A stretch of DNA of 59,433 nucleotides from Clostridia bacterium (GTDB lineage Bacteria > Bacillota > Clostridia > TANB77 > CAG-508). How positions within the stretch are numbered: the stretch's first letter is position 1; the number at the start of each line of letters is the position of its first letter. Below the pieces are notes generated by a model. The model was not told the DNA's origin. It saw only the letters and a list, made by a program, of their open reading frames with translations, and searched no databases. The position numbers and the translations under genes are program-made. Location of the stretch: NCBI GenBank assembly GCA_900758165.1, contig CAAEQN010000136.1:1-59433 (forward strand). The letters run 5' to 3'. Below, piece by piece: positions 27,897 through 38,757 of the stretch.

Positions 27897-28088
27897 ATGA
27901 TAGTAAAACCAAGTGTAGCTGAATTATTGGAAAAAGTAGATAATAGATATATTCTAGTTATTGCAACAGCTAAAAGAGCAAGACAAATAGCACAAGGAGA
28001 TGAAGTGCTAGTAAAGACACATGATGTATCACCAGTTACAATAGCTGCTGATGAAATCGAAGATGGACAAGTTACAGTAAGTGAATAA
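27897..28088 (+). CDS. rpoZ: DNA-directed RNA polymerase subunit omega
   Basis: 63 aa with NRYILVIATAKRARQI, the typical omega signature. It sits upstream of priA-def-fmt, as in many Firmicutes. Confidence 0.85.
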   Translation: MIVKPSVAELLEKVDNRYILVIATAKRARQIAQGDEVLVKTHDVSPVTIAADEIEDGQVTVSE

Positions 28089-28111
28089 ATTAAATTAATT
28101 TTACAATTTAT

Positions 28112-28164
28112 AAAAGATTAATTCAAAGATTCTTGAAAGCAGGAAAATTTGAATTAATCTTTTA
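28112..28164 (+). terminator. Rho-independent terminator after rpoZ
   Basis: Perfect 16-bp stem AAAAGATTAATTCAAA (28112-28127) / TTTGAATTAATCTTTT (28148-28163). Confidence 0.7.
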
Positions 28165-28254
28165 TATAAAACAAAATAATAAAGAACAATGCAAAAATAA
28201 TAAAATCAAAAACAATGAAAAAGTATAAATTTTATTAAAGAAAGGAAACAAAAT

Positions 28255-28815
28255 ATGAACAAAAAACATATAATATCTCTATCTGGAGATTTAGCTAGTG
28301 GAAAAGGTACAGTATCTAATATATTAACAAAAGATTTAAACTATGGAATATATAGAAATGGAGAATATTTTAGAAAACTTGCTAAAGAAATGGGAATGAG
28401 TGTAACAGAATTTAATGAGTATGTTTCAGATCATCCTGAAATAGACAGGCAAATAGAAAATAGTGCGGCTGAATATGCAAAAGAGCATGAAAATTTTATA
28501 ATAGATGCAAGATTAGGATGGTATGCTGTACCAGAATCTTTTAAAGTATATTTAAAAGTAGACATAAACGTATCTGCTGAAAGAGCTTTTTATGATGAGA
28601 AAAGAAAATCAACAGAAAGCTTTAATACAATTGAAGAACAAAAGCAAGATATAATAAAAAGATATAACTATGAAAATGAAAGATATAAGAACTTGTACAA
28701 TATAAGAAAAGATGATATGTCTAACTACGATTTAGTAGTAGATACTACAGATAAAAAACCTGAAGAAGTTGCTAAAATAATAGAAGAAGAATATGAAAAA
28801 TGGTTAAAAGCATAA
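28255..28815 (+). CDS. Cytidylate-kinase-like P-loop nucleotide kinase family protein
   Basis: P-loop ISLSGDLASGKGT and a small (186 aa) kinase-like layout with IIDARLG. Substrate unknown. Confidence 0.55.
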   Translation: MNKKHIISLSGDLASGKGTVSNILTKDLNYGIYRNGEYFRKLAKEMGMSVTEFNEYVSDHPEIDRQIENSAAEYAKEHENFIIDARLGWYAVPESFKVYLKVDINVSAERAFYDEKRKSTESFNTIEEQKQDIIKRYNYENERYKNLYNIRKDDMSNYDLVVDTTDKKPEEVAKIIEEEYEKWLKA

Positions 28816-28821
28816 TATTTT

Positions 28822-31117
28822 ATGCAAGGAGTAAAAACAACATTGATAGCTGAAGTAATAATAAACAGTAATGTAAAAAATTTAAACAAAACATTTGATT
28901 ATATAATTCCAACAGAACTACAAGACAAAGTTTCTGTTGGAAGTAGAGTTTTTGTGCATTTTGGGAATAAGAAAAATTTAGAAGATGGTTTTGTTGTTAA
29001 AATAAAAGAAACTTCTGAATATGCTTCAAAGCTAAAGCAAATTGAACAAATTGAAGACAAAGTTTATATAAATAAAGAAAAAATACAACTAGCAGAATGG
29101 ATGGCACATAGATATTTTTGTAACATTTCAGACTGCATTAAATTAATGCTACCTCCAGGAACAACCACCAAAATACTAGAAAATAGGGTAAGTGAGAAAA
29201 AACAAAATTTTATATATTTAAGTAAAGATGCAGAAGAAATAGAATCAGATATAGAAAATAAAAAAATAAAATCAGCAAAACAAATTAGAGCATTAAAATT
29301 CTTAATAGATAATGAAAAAAACGATGGAGAAATATTAAGTATAGATTTGCAAATGTTTGCAGATGTTACAAATGCAGTATTAAAAACTTTAGAAAAAAAT
29401 GGGTATATTGAAATAATAGAGAAAGAAGTAGAAAGAAATCCATTTATACATAAAGTTGTAGAAAAAACTCAAAATTTAAAATTAACACAAGAGCAACAAG
29501 AAGCTTTTGAAAGGGTAAATGCCTCTTTGCAAATTGGAGAATATGAAGAGTTTTTATTGTTTGGAGTAACAGGATCTCGGGAAAACTGAAATATATATTA
29601 GACTAATAGAAGAAGCTCTTAAATTGGAAAAGGCAAGTATAATGCTTGTCCCAGAAATTTCTCTTACCCCACAAACTGTAGATAGATTCTTAAGTAGATT
29701 TGGAGAGAAAAAAATAGCAGTTCTACATAGTAGACTATCAGTTGGAGAGAGATATGACCAATGGAAAAAGATAGAGAGGGGCGATGCAAAAATTGTAATA
29801 GGAGCTAGATCTGCAATTTTTGCACCTGTTAAAAATTTAGGATTAATAATTATAGATGAAGAGCATGATGATTCTTACAAATCAGAAACAAATCCGAGAT
29901 ATAATGCAAAAGAAATTGCAACATACTTGGCAAAAGAAATTTCTCTACCAGTAGTTTTAGGTAGTGCAACACCAGATATAAACACTTATAATAAAGCATT
30001 AAATCATGACATTCAATTATTGGAATTGACTAAAAGAGCTAATAATTCGAGTTTACCAGAAGTGAAAATAGTGGATTTAAGAAATGAATTAGCAAATGGA
30101 AACAAGACAATGATTAGTGATAGTTTATATGGTGCCATACAAGATAATTTAAAAAATAAAAAACAAACAATTTTGTTTTTAAACAGAAGAGGATTTTCTA
30201 CATTCATAATGTGTAGGGATTGTGGTTATACTGCTAAATGTAAAAATTGTAATATAACGCTTACATACCATATAAAAGGAAATAAGTTAAAATGTCATTA
30301 TTGTGGTTATGAAACAGATGCATTAAAAATTTGTCCAAATTGTAAAAGCAAAAATATCAGATATTTTGGGACGGGCACACAAAAATTAGAAGAGCAAATA
30401 AAAGAAATGTTCCCAGAGGCTTCTACAATTAGAATGGATGTAGATACAGTAACGAAAAAAAACTCACATGAAGATATACTAAACAAATTTAGAAACGACA
30501 ATATAGATATACTAATAGGAACACAAATGGTTGTAAAAGGACACCACTTTCCAAATGTAACTTTAGTGGGGGTAATTGCAGCAGATAGTAGTTTACATAT
30601 AGATGACTATAGAGCGAATGAAAGAACTTTTCAAATATTAACACAAGTGGCAGGAAGAGCGGGTAGAGGAAAAGATAAAGGGCAAGTTATAATACAAACA
30701 TATAATCCAGATGCATTTTGTATACAATATGCCAAACAACAAGACTATAAAATTTTTTACAATACAGAAATACAACTTCGAAAGCAGTTGAGATATCCGC
30801 CGTTTTGTGATATAATATTAATTGGAATTTCAAGTAAATCTTATAAAGAATTAGAGATAATATCAAATAAAATATACGAAAATTTGAAAGAAAAAATAGA
30901 AAAACAAAATTTAAAAATAATGTTGTACAAACCGGTACCAGCACCAGTAGATAAAATAAAAAATAAGTACAGGTGGAGAATAATAATAAAGTGCAAAATA
31001 GATAATAGCATAATAAATCAATTGCAAGATACAATAAACTCAATAAATCAACAAAACAAAAATACTAAAAATAGTACAAGAATAATTGTGGATGTAAATC
31101 CAACAAACATGATATAA
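28822..31117 (+). pseudogene. priA: Primosomal replication-restart helicase PriA, interrupted by a +1 frameshift (extra C at 29578) inside the Walker A motif
   Basis: The zero frame reads ...LLFGVTGS-R-E-N-stop (TCT CGG GAA AAC TGA). Skipping C29578 gives [37 protein letters not shown], which continues into ORF 29624-31117 (DEEHD, the Cys-rich zinc-binding CRDCGY..CKNC..CHYCG..CPNC, and GTQMVVKGHHFPNVT). Confidence 0.9.
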
Positions 31118-31143
31118 ATATTTTATTAGAAAGGGTAATAAAA

Positions 31144-31620
31144 ATGGCTATAAGAGAAATAAGAATATCTGGAGATGAAATATTAAGAAAAACAGCAAAA
31201 GAAGTTGATGAAGTAAATGATAAAATAAAAGAGCTTCTACAGGATATGTTAGAAACAATGCATAAATATAATGGCGTTGGATTAGCAGGGCCTCAAGTAG
31301 GAATATTAAAAAGAGTAATTGTAATAGATTTGTACGATGGAAGTAAACCTTTATTATTGATAAATCCAAAAATAATAAAAACAAAGGGAGAACAAGAAGT
31401 AGAAGAAGGTTGCTTAAGTTTTCCAAATGAATATGGAAAAATAATAAGGCCAAAAGAGGTTATCGTAGAAGCTTTAAATGAAGAAGGAAAAAAGGTAAAG
31501 ATTGTAGGTAAAGATTTACTAGCACAAGCTTTAGACCATGAAATAGATCATTTAAATGGTACATTGTTTGTAGATAAGATAATACCAGGCACATTAGAAT
31601 ATATAGAACCACAAGACTAA
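31144..31620 (+). CDS. def: Peptide deformylase
   Basis: GVGLAGPQVG, EGCLSFP, HEIDHLNG. Confidence 0.95.
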   Translation: MAIREIRISGDEILRKTAKEVDEVNDKIKELLQDMLETMHKYNGVGLAGPQVGILKRVIVIDLYDGSKPLLLINPKIIKTKGEQEVEEGCLSFPNEYGKIIRPKEVIVEALNEEGKKVKIVGKDLLAQALDHEIDHLNGTLFVDKIIPGTLEYIEPQD

Positions 31621-31644
31621 AATTTGATAAAGGGGGCAAGATAT

Positions 31645-32628
31645 ATGAACATACTATTTATGGGGACACCTGACTTTGCACAGGAATCTTTAAAAGCTTT
31701 ATATGAAGCTGGATACAATATAATAGGTGTTGTAACAAATGTAGATAAACCAAAAGGAAGAGGAATGAAATTAGTACCTTCTCCTGTTAAGCAATATGCT
31801 TTAGAAAAAAACATAAAGATATATCAACCCCTAAAAATAAGAAAAAATGAAGAGTTTTTGCAAGAAGTAAAACAAATAAAACCAGATTTAATATGCGTTG
31901 TAGCTTATGGAAAGATACTTCCACAAGAATTATTAGATATTCCAAGATACGGATGCGTAAACGTACATGGATCATTATTACCAAAATATAGAGGTGCTGC
32001 GCCGATACAATGGGCAGTTCTTAATGGAGATAAGAAAACAGGTATAACAACAATGTTTATGAATGCAGGAATGGATACAGGAGACATGATTCTAAAACAA
32101 GAAGTAAAAATTGGAGAAGATGAAACAACGGGCGAACTCTGGGAAAAATTAAGCAAAATAGGTGCAAAATTATTGGTGGAAACAGTAAAACAAATAGAAA
32201 ATGGCACAGAAAAAAGAGAAAAACAGCCAGAAGATGGAACTATTGCTCCAATGCTTTCCAAAGAAATGGCAAAAATAGATTGGGAAAATAAAACTGCAAT
32301 GCAAATAAAAAATTTAGTAAGAGGCTTAAATCCAATAATGGGTGCTTTCTCATATTTGGAAAATAAAAAGATAAAATTTTGGAAGGTTCAAGTAATGTCA
32401 GATGAGGAACTATTCAAGAAATTTGAAGGACTAGAAGAATATAAAGATAATCTAAAAAAAATACAATCTGGAACAGTTCTATTTTCAGACGACAAGAATG
32501 GATTATATATAAAAGCAAAAGAGGGAATAATACAAGTATTAGAAATACAGGGTGAAAATTCTAAAAGAATGAGCATAAATGATTTCTTGAGAGGAAATAA
32601 AATAGAAATAGGAAGTATATTCGAATAA
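31645..32628 (+). CDS. fmt: Methionyl-tRNA formyltransferase
   Basis: MNILFMGTPDFA, NVHGSLLPKYRGAAPIQWAV. The start is moved to ATG 31645, behind the AGGGGG SD; the ORF-track TTG at 31624 is unlikely. Confidence 0.95.
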   Translation: MNILFMGTPDFAQESLKALYEAGYNIIGVVTNVDKPKGRGMKLVPSPVKQYALEKNIKIYQPLKIRKNEEFLQEVKQIKPDLICVVAYGKILPQELLDIPRYGCVNVHGSLLPKYRGAAPIQWAVLNGDKKTGITTMFMNAGMDTGDMILKQEVKIGEDETTGELWEKLSKIGAKLLVETVKQIENGTEKREKQPEDGTIAPMLSKEMAKIDWENKTAMQIKNLVRGLNPIMGAFSYLENKKIKFWKVQVMSDEELFKKFEGLEEYKDNLKKIQSGTVLFSDDKNGLYIKAKEGIIQVLEIQGENSKRMSINDFLRGNKIEIGSIFE

Positions 32629-32629
32629 T

Positions 32630-32689
32630 AAAAAAGAACATATAAATAAGACTAACTTTTCCAAAGTCTTATAAAGTATGTTCTTTTTT
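32630..32689 (+). terminator. Rho-independent terminator after fmt
   Basis: 13-bp outer stem AAAAAAGAACATA (32630-32642) / TATGTTCTTTTTT (32677-32689), with an inner AAGACT/AGTCTT stem. Confidence 0.75.
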
Positions 32690-32729
32690 ATGAGAATATT
32701 ACAATTTAATTACAAAATGAGGTTAATTA

Positions 32730-32758
32730 TTGACTTGCATGATAAAGTAAAATACAAT
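32730..32758 (+). promoter_or_regulatory. Sigma-A type promoter of the small prepilin-like gene
   Basis: TTGACT (32730-32735), a 17-nt spacer, then TACAAT (32753-32758). Confidence 0.5.
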
Positions 32759-32795
32759 TATAATTGTATAGAATTATAAAAATGAGGTATAACAG

Positions 32796-33314
32796 ATGAA
32801 AAATCTTAAAAACAATAAAGGTATAACATTAGTTGCACTTGTTGTAACAGTTGTTGTATTATTAATTTTATCAACAGTTTCCATAAAACTTACAATAGGA
32901 GGAAATGGGCTAATTACTGAATCTAAACTTATAAAGCAAAACATTGAAGAAGCTGAAAAAGAAGGACAAGAACAAATTAATGCTATGAAAGAATCAGATG
33001 TAAATATATCACAAGATGGAGTAGCTAGCATAAAGGACGAAACTCCTCCAACAATAAATAGTATAGAAATAATAAATATAACAAATAGATCTTTCAAGAT
33101 TAATGTTAATATAACAGAACTTGGAAGTGGGATTGAAAAAGTAGAATATAGTATAGATAATGGTAATACTTATATAACACCAAATTATAACAAAGATACT
33201 TCATATACTTTTACAGGTCTAACTTCCAATACTGAATATAATGTTAAAGTAAAAGCCACAGACAAGAGCGGAAATGAGGCTACAATTAGCAAAACTGTTA
33301 AAACTAAAATTTAA
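32796..33314 (+). CDS. Prepilin-like (class III signal peptide) protein with a C-terminal fibronectin-type-III-like domain
   Basis: MKNLKNNKG/ITLVALVVTVVVLLILSTVSI resembles a type IV (pseudo)pilin leader and hydrophobic helix, but without Glu at +5. The C-terminus (FKINVNITELGSGIEKVEYSIDNG...YTFTGLTSNTEYNVKVKATDKSGN) is FN3-like. Confidence 0.6.
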   Translation: MKNLKNNKGITLVALVVTVVVLLILSTVSIKLTIGGNGLITESKLIKQNIEEAEKEGQEQINAMKESDVNISQDGVASIKDETPPTINSIEIINITNRSFKINVNITELGSGIEKVEYSIDNGNTYITPNYNKDTSYTFTGLTSNTEYNVKVKATDKSGNEATISKTVKTKI

Positions 33315-33324
33315 TAAGTTAAAA

Positions 33325-35691
33325 TTATTTTAAATATACTATAGTAACTCCCATTTCTCCTTCGCCAAAAGTTCCTAATCTAAAGGATTTTACATGTGGA
33401 TGCTTTTTTAAAAAATTGTGAATACCTATACGGAGCTTTCCTGTACCTTTACCATGAACAATTCTAGCCTGCTCCAAATTTGCCATAGAACAATCATCTA
33501 AATATTTATCAATAATAGGGATAGCTTGGTCAACATTTAAGCCAATAACATTTATTTCAGATGATATACTTTGAGCTTTGTTATTAGAAAAAGATATAGA
33601 ACTTGGTTTGTTATAGCCTGAATTACTACTTACTCTAGAGCTTTTTAGAGATGTTAAATCTTCTAATTTTACATTCATGTTCATACTACCAATTTGAAGT
33701 TTAACTTCATTAGACTTATTTGGAAGAGATAAAATAGTACCATTAGAATTTAACTTGGCATAAAATACTTCTTGTCCAATATACACATTTTCATTGGTTA
33801 AAGAATTACTTGTTTTAACATTATCTAGTTCTGAAAGCTCATTAATCGAACTATTTAATTTATTTCTAATAGAATTTGCTGTTTTCACATTAGTAGATTT
33901 ATTATTTAATTCTTTAATTACTTCATTTGCTTCTTCTTTTGCGTCTAAAAGAATATTTCGTGCTTTTAATTTTGCATCAGATATAATAGAATTTGCTTCT
34001 TTATCCAATTTGCTATTATCTCTTTCAAGAGATTTTTTTAATAATTCAATTTGATTTGAATTTTGCATAATTTTTTCTTTCTCTTTTTCTATAGCTATTT
34101 TATCATCATATATACTTTTTAATAAATTTTCAATACTTAAATCTTCTTTTTTTACTAATTTATTAGCATTATTCAAAATTTCTTCTGGTAGTCCTAATTT
34201 CTTACTTATAGCAAAGGCGTTACTTTTGCCAGGAACACCAATTAATAATTTGTAAGTAGGACATAAATTTTCTATATCAAAATCAGAACTTGCATTTTCA
34301 AAACCATCATGAACAAGTGCATATTTTTTTAACTCTGGATAGTGTGTTGTGCAAATAGTTAAAGACCCCAAATTATAGAAGTATTCTAATATACTTATAG
34401 CAAGACTTGAACCTTCTACAGGGTCTGTTCCAGAACCAAGTTCATCCAACAAAATTAAACTATTAGGAGTAGCCATACTTAATATATCAATAATATTTAA
34501 TATATGTGAGGAAAAAGTACTTAAAGAATCTTGAATACTTTGTTCATCTCCAATATCTACAAAAATATTATCAAAAACATAGATACTACTATTTTCTTTA
34601 GTTGGAATAAGAATTCCGCTACAAGCCATACTACATAAAAGACCAGTAGTTTTTAATGTTACTGTCTTTCCACCAGTATTTGGACCTGTTATCAATAATG
34701 ATTTATAATCTTTACCAAGTGAGACATCTATTGGTACAACTGAAGCAGGGTCAATTAAAGGATGTCTTGCACCATATAAATATATTTCTTTTTTATCATT
34801 TATTATTGGACAAATACCATCTATATTTTTAGAGAATTTAGCTTTGGCAAAAATGCAATCTATTTTTCCAATAGTTTCTAGCGTTAACTTTAAATTATTA
34901 GCAATAGGCAATAACTTTAAAGATAAATTTTTTAATATTTTTTCAATTTCAATATTTTCTTCAATTTTAATTGAATTAATCTTATTATTTAATTCAAAAA
35001 TTATAGAAGGTTCAACATATACAGTAGAGCCACTTGCAGAAATATCTAAAATAGTACCACTTATGCTATTTCTAAATTCTTCTTTTACAGGAATAACAAA
35101 CCTATCATTTCTAATAGTAATAATAGAATCCATCAAATATTTAGAATAAGCAGAAGAATGGGTAAAACTAGAAAGTTTATCTCTAATTTCTTGCTCTAGC
35201 TTTCTTTTATTTCTGCGAAGAGAAGATAAAGTTTTAGAAGCATCATCAGCAATAGTATTTTCATCTATTATGGAGGTAAAAATAATATCTTCTATACTTT
35301 TATTGTAATATAACATAGAAAATAAATCTTCTAAAATAGCAAAACCAAATAAATCAAAGTCTTTATCGCTAAAGAAATACTCGTGCAAACATCTAGAAGT
35401 TTTTAAAACATTTGCAACCTCTAACAAAGCAGTAGCAGAAAGAAAATTATAGCTCTCTAAATGCTTAATCCAAAGGTCGATATTTGCAATATTAAAAATA
35501 CTAGGTTCTCCTTTCCTTATAAGAAGAGTTAGGGCAGAGTTAGTTTCTTCTAATTGCTTTTTTACTAAATCTTTATTGCTACTAGGCAAAAGTGATGATA
35601 CAAGTTCTTTACCAATATATGTTTTACAACAATCACAAACTTTTTCTAGAATTTTATTATATTCTAATTTATATAAATATTTTTGTAACAT
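33325..35691 (-). CDS. mutS2: Endonuclease MutS2 (MutS domain plus C-terminal Smr)
   Basis: ITGPNTGGKTVTLKT Walker A, LLDELGSGTDP, and a C-terminal Smr domain (IVHGKGTGKLR). Confidence 0.95.
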   Translation of the reverse strand: MLQKYLYKLEYNKILEKVCDCCKTYIGKELVSSLLPSSNKDLVKKQLEETNSALTLLIRKGEPSIFNIANIDLWIKHLESYNFLSATALLEVANVLKTSRCLHEYFFSDKDFDLFGFAILEDLFSMLYYNKSIEDIIFTSIIDENTIADDASKTLSSLRRNKRKLEQEIRDKLSSFTHSSAYSKYLMDSIITIRNDRFVIPVKEEFRNSISGTILDISASGSTVYVEPSIIFELNNKINSIKIEENIEIEKILKNLSLKLLPIANNLKLTLETIGKIDCIFAKAKFSKNIDGICPIINDKKEIYLYGARHPLIDPASVVPIDVSLGKDYKSLLITGPNTGGKTVTLKTTGLLCSMACSGILIPTKENSSIYVFDNIFVDIGDEQSIQDSLSTFSSHILNIIDILSMATPNSLILLDELGSGTDPVEGSSLAISILEYFYNLGSLTICTTHYPELKKYALVHDGFENASSDFDIENLCPTYKLLIGVPGKSNAFAISKKLGLPEEILNNANKLVKKEDLSIENLLKSIYDDKIAIEKEKEKIMQNSNQIELLKKSLERDNSKLDKEANSIISDAKLKARNILLDAKEEANEVIKELNNKSTNVKTANSIRNKLNSSINELSELDNVKTSNSLTNENVYIGQEVFYAKLNSNGTILSLPNKSNEVKLQIGSMNMNVKLEDLTSLKSSRVSSNSGYNKPSSISFSNNKAQSISSEINVIGLNVDQAIPIIDKYLDDCSMANLEQARIVHGKGTGKLRIGIHNFLKKHPHVKSFRLGTFGEGEMGVTIVYLK

Positions 35692-35849
35692 AATTTTCTC
35701 CTAAATTATTAATATACATATTTTGACTTTATTATTATACCATTTAAAACCAGCAAAAACAATGCTAATAGTGTCCTTTTTAAGTAAATTAGATTGATAA
35801 TTATGCATTTTTATGATAGCATAGTAATATAGAAATGAGGAAATTGATA

Positions 35850-36707
35850 ATGAAAATTAAAGAAGCATTGGAAGAAGCTAAAAAAGAATTAATAAAGAAC
35901 AATATAGAAGACAGCCTATTAATATGTAGAGAATTATTATCTTTTACATTAAAACAAAATAAGCAGTATCTAATTATAAATCAAAATGAAGAAATTAGTA
36001 TTAAACAATATAATGAGTTTAAAGAAAATATAAAAAAGATAATAAATGGAATTCCGCTTCAATACATAACAAACAAGCAAGAATTCATGAAGCTAAACTT
36101 CTATGTAGACAAAAATGTACTTATTCCTCAACCAGATACAGAAATACTTGTAGAATCTGTAATTGAATTAAGCAAAAAGATTAAAGCAAATGTAAAAATT
36201 TTAGATTTATGTACTGGGAGTGGTGCAATAGCAATATCAATAGATTACATTCTTAAACAAAACAATATAAAATCAGAGGTATTTGCTAGCGATATTAGCA
36301 GTAAAGCTTTAGAAATAGCGAAAAGAAACAATCAAGAAAATAATACAAATGTTAAATTTATACTTTCCAATTTATTTACTAATATAGATAATAAATTTAA
36401 TATAATAGTATCTAATCCGCCATATATAAAAACAAAGGAAATAGAGACTTTGTCTAAACAAGTACAAAATGAGCCTATTTTAGCACTAAATGGTGGAATA
36501 GATGGTTTGGATTTTTATAAAAAAATAGTAGAAGAGGCATATAAGTATATAACAGAAAGTGGCTACTTATGTTTAGAAATTGGATATGACCAAAAAGAAG
36601 ATGTTATAGAATTAATAAATAAAAATAATAATTATAAATACGAAAAATGTATAAAAGATTTATCTAATAATAACAGATGTATAATTGCACAAGTTAGAAC
36701 AAAATAA
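35850..36707 (+). CDS. prmC: Peptide chain release factor N5-glutamine methyltransferase
   Basis: LDLCTGSGAIAIS and IVSNPPYI (NPPY). ATG 35850 lies 9 nt after GAGG. The ORF-track start at 35835 overlaps the SD. Confidence 0.85.
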   Translation: MKIKEALEEAKKELIKNNIEDSLLICRELLSFTLKQNKQYLIINQNEEISIKQYNEFKENIKKIINGIPLQYITNKQEFMKLNFYVDKNVLIPQPDTEILVESVIELSKKIKANVKILDLCTGSGAIAISIDYILKQNNIKSEVFASDISSKALEIAKRNNQENNTNVKFILSNLFTNIDNKFNIIVSNPPYIKTKEIETLSKQVQNEPILALNGGIDGLDFYKKIVEEAYKYITESGYLCLEIGYDQKEDVIELINKNNNYKYEKCIKDLSNNNRCIIAQVRTK

Positions 36708-36726
36708 TTAATATCAGGAGGAGAAT

Positions 36727-37566
36727 ATGTCTTTTTCATCAGATTTAAAAAAAGAATTAAGCAAAATAAATAATTTGAAAAATAAACAAGAAGTGTATGC
36801 AGAATTTCTTGGTTATTTAGCAACTGACAATATAAGTTTAAAAAACAAAAACATAAAATTTTCTACAGAAAACGAGTACAATATAAATAGATTTGCTAAA
36901 CTTCTTAATAATTTAAATATTACAAATTATAAGATAGAAATTATTGGTAAAACTTATAACATCACCTTTAAAAATAACACAGAAATTGAATTTATAAATA
37001 AAGAAAATTACGAGAAGATATTATGTTTAGACAATCTAAAAAAGGCATATATAAGAGGAAATTTTTTAGGTGCTGGTTCTATAAATAATCCTCAAAATAA
37101 ATATCATTTAGAAATTATTTTTTCATCTAAAGAATATATGCAAATAACATTAGAATTATTAAATACATATCAAATACATGCAAAAAATCTAGAAAATACT
37201 ATTTATTTTAAAGATGGTGAAGAAATCTCTAGCTTTTTAGCTTTAATTGGAGCAAGTTCTGCTGTAATTAAATTTGAAGAGATACGAGTTTTAAGAGAAA
37301 TGAAAAATAATGTAAATAGATTGGTAAATTGTGAAACAGCTAATTTAAACAAAACAATAAATACATCAGTAAAGCAAATAGAAATTATAAAAAAATTGAG
37401 AAAAACAGGTAAATTTAATAATATGCCAGATAATTTAAAAGAAATGGCAATTTTAAGAGAAGAAAATCCAGAAGCTACATTAGAACAATTAGGACTAATG
37501 CTAGATAAACCAATAGGAAAATCTAGTGTTAGTAATAGATTAAAAAAAATGGAGGAGTATTTATAA
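36727..37566 (+). CDS. whiA: DNA-binding protein WhiA
   Basis: MSFSSDLKKELS, a degenerate LAGLIDADG region (AYIRGNFLGAGSINNPQNKYHLEI) and a C-terminal HTH (SVSNRLKKM). Confidence 0.85.
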   Translation: MSFSSDLKKELSKINNLKNKQEVYAEFLGYLATDNISLKNKNIKFSTENEYNINRFAKLLNNLNITNYKIEIIGKTYNITFKNNTEIEFINKENYEKILCLDNLKKAYIRGNFLGAGSINNPQNKYHLEIIFSSKEYMQITLELLNTYQIHAKNLENTIYFKDGEEISSFLALIGASSAVIKFEEIRVLREMKNNVNRLVNCETANLNKTINTSVKQIEIIKKLRKTGKFNNMPDNLKEMAILREENPEATLEQLGLMLDKPIGKSSVSNRLKKMEEYL

Positions 37567-37578
37567 TACTAAAAAATT

Positions 37579-38757
37579 ATGGAATTAAAAGAAATAGGAC
37601 TATATATACATATACCTTTTTGTAAGCAAAAATGTTATTATTGTGATTTTATATCTTATGCGAACAAAGAAGGCTTAATAGATAGATATATAAAATGTTT
37701 AAAAAAAGAAATTTTAAAATATGCATCAGAAAATAAGATAATGTCGGAACATGGATTAGAATCTAAATATATAATAAAAACAATTTATATTGGAGGAGGT
37801 ACTCCTTCTGCTATAGATGAAATATATATTGCAGATATTATTAATACAATAAGAGCAAATTTTGTAATTTCAGAAGATGCAGAAATTACAATAGAAGTAA
37901 ATCCTGGAACTGTTAATAAAGAAAAATTAGAAACATATAAAAATATTGGAATAAATAGACTTAGCATAGGATTACAATCTACAAATGATGAAATATTAAA
38001 AACTATTGGAAGAATCCATAAATATAAGGATTTTGAAGACACATATAATTATGCAAGATGTGTTGGATTTAATAATATAAATGTAGATTTAATGATAGAT
38101 TTGCCAACTCAAACATTGGAGGATGTAAAAGACAGTGTAAAAAAAATAATAGGATTAAAGCCGGAACATATATCTGTATATTCTCTGATATTAGAAGAAA
38201 ATACAAAAATGTATGAATTAGTAAAATCTAAAAAATTGAGTTTATCAGAAGATGATTTGGAAAGAAGAATGTATTGGTATGTAAAAAATACATTAGAAAA
38301 AAATAAATACTATCAATATGAAATTTCAAATTTTGCAAAAAAAGGATTTGAATCAAAACATAATTTAGATTGTTGGAACCAAAAAGAATATATAGGTTTA
38401 GGAGTAGCAGCAAGTTCTTTTTTAGACAACAAAAGATATTCAAACATTAAAGAAATTGATAAATACATAGATAATATAGAAAATAATAATTTAAATTTAA
38501 ACTTGCAATTAGAAGAAGTTTTAAATTATGAAAACAAAATGAATGAATATATGATATTAGGATTAAGAAAAATTGAAGGAATAAATATACAAGAATTTGA
38601 AGAAAAATTCAAAATAAATCCAATAATGAAATATTGCAAAACTTTAGATAAGTTAAATCATGAAGGTTTAATACAAATAGATAAGAATAATATAAAACTT
38701 ACAGATAAAGGATTAGACCTGGCAAATTTAGTTTGGGAAGAATTTATATCCTTTTAA
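37579..38757 (+). CDS. hemW: Radical SAM family heme chaperone HemW (HemN-like)
   Basis: LYIHIPFCKQKCYYCDF (CxxxCxxC), GGGTPS, NRLSIGLQS. Confidence 0.85.
   Translation: MELKEIGLYIHIPFCKQKCYYCDFISYANKEGLIDRYIKCLKKEILKYASENKIMSEHGLESKYIIKTIYIGGGTPSAIDEIYIADIINTIRANFVISEDAEITIEVNPGTVNKEKLETYKNIGINRLSIGLQSTNDEILKTIGRIHKYKDFEDTYNYARCVGFNNINVDLMIDLPTQTLEDVKDSVKKIIGLKPEHISVYSLILEENTKMYELVKSKKLSLSEDDLERRMYWYVKNTLEKNKYYQYEISNFAKKGFESKHNLDCWNQKEYIGLGVAASSFLDNKRYSNIKEIDKYIDNIENNNLNLNLQLEEVLNYENKMNEYMILGLRKIEGINIQEFEEKFKINPIMKYCKTLDKLNHEGLIQIDKNNIKLTDKGLDLANLVWEEFISF

Noticed and set aside
28255-28815. Two CMP-kinase-like P-loop genes (28255-28815 and 55291-55983) as a possible duplicated or novel nucleotide-modifying system.
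   Set aside because: They are far apart, each in an ordinary housekeeping context, with different lengths and low mutual similarity. One is probably the true cmk and the other a generic small kinase.
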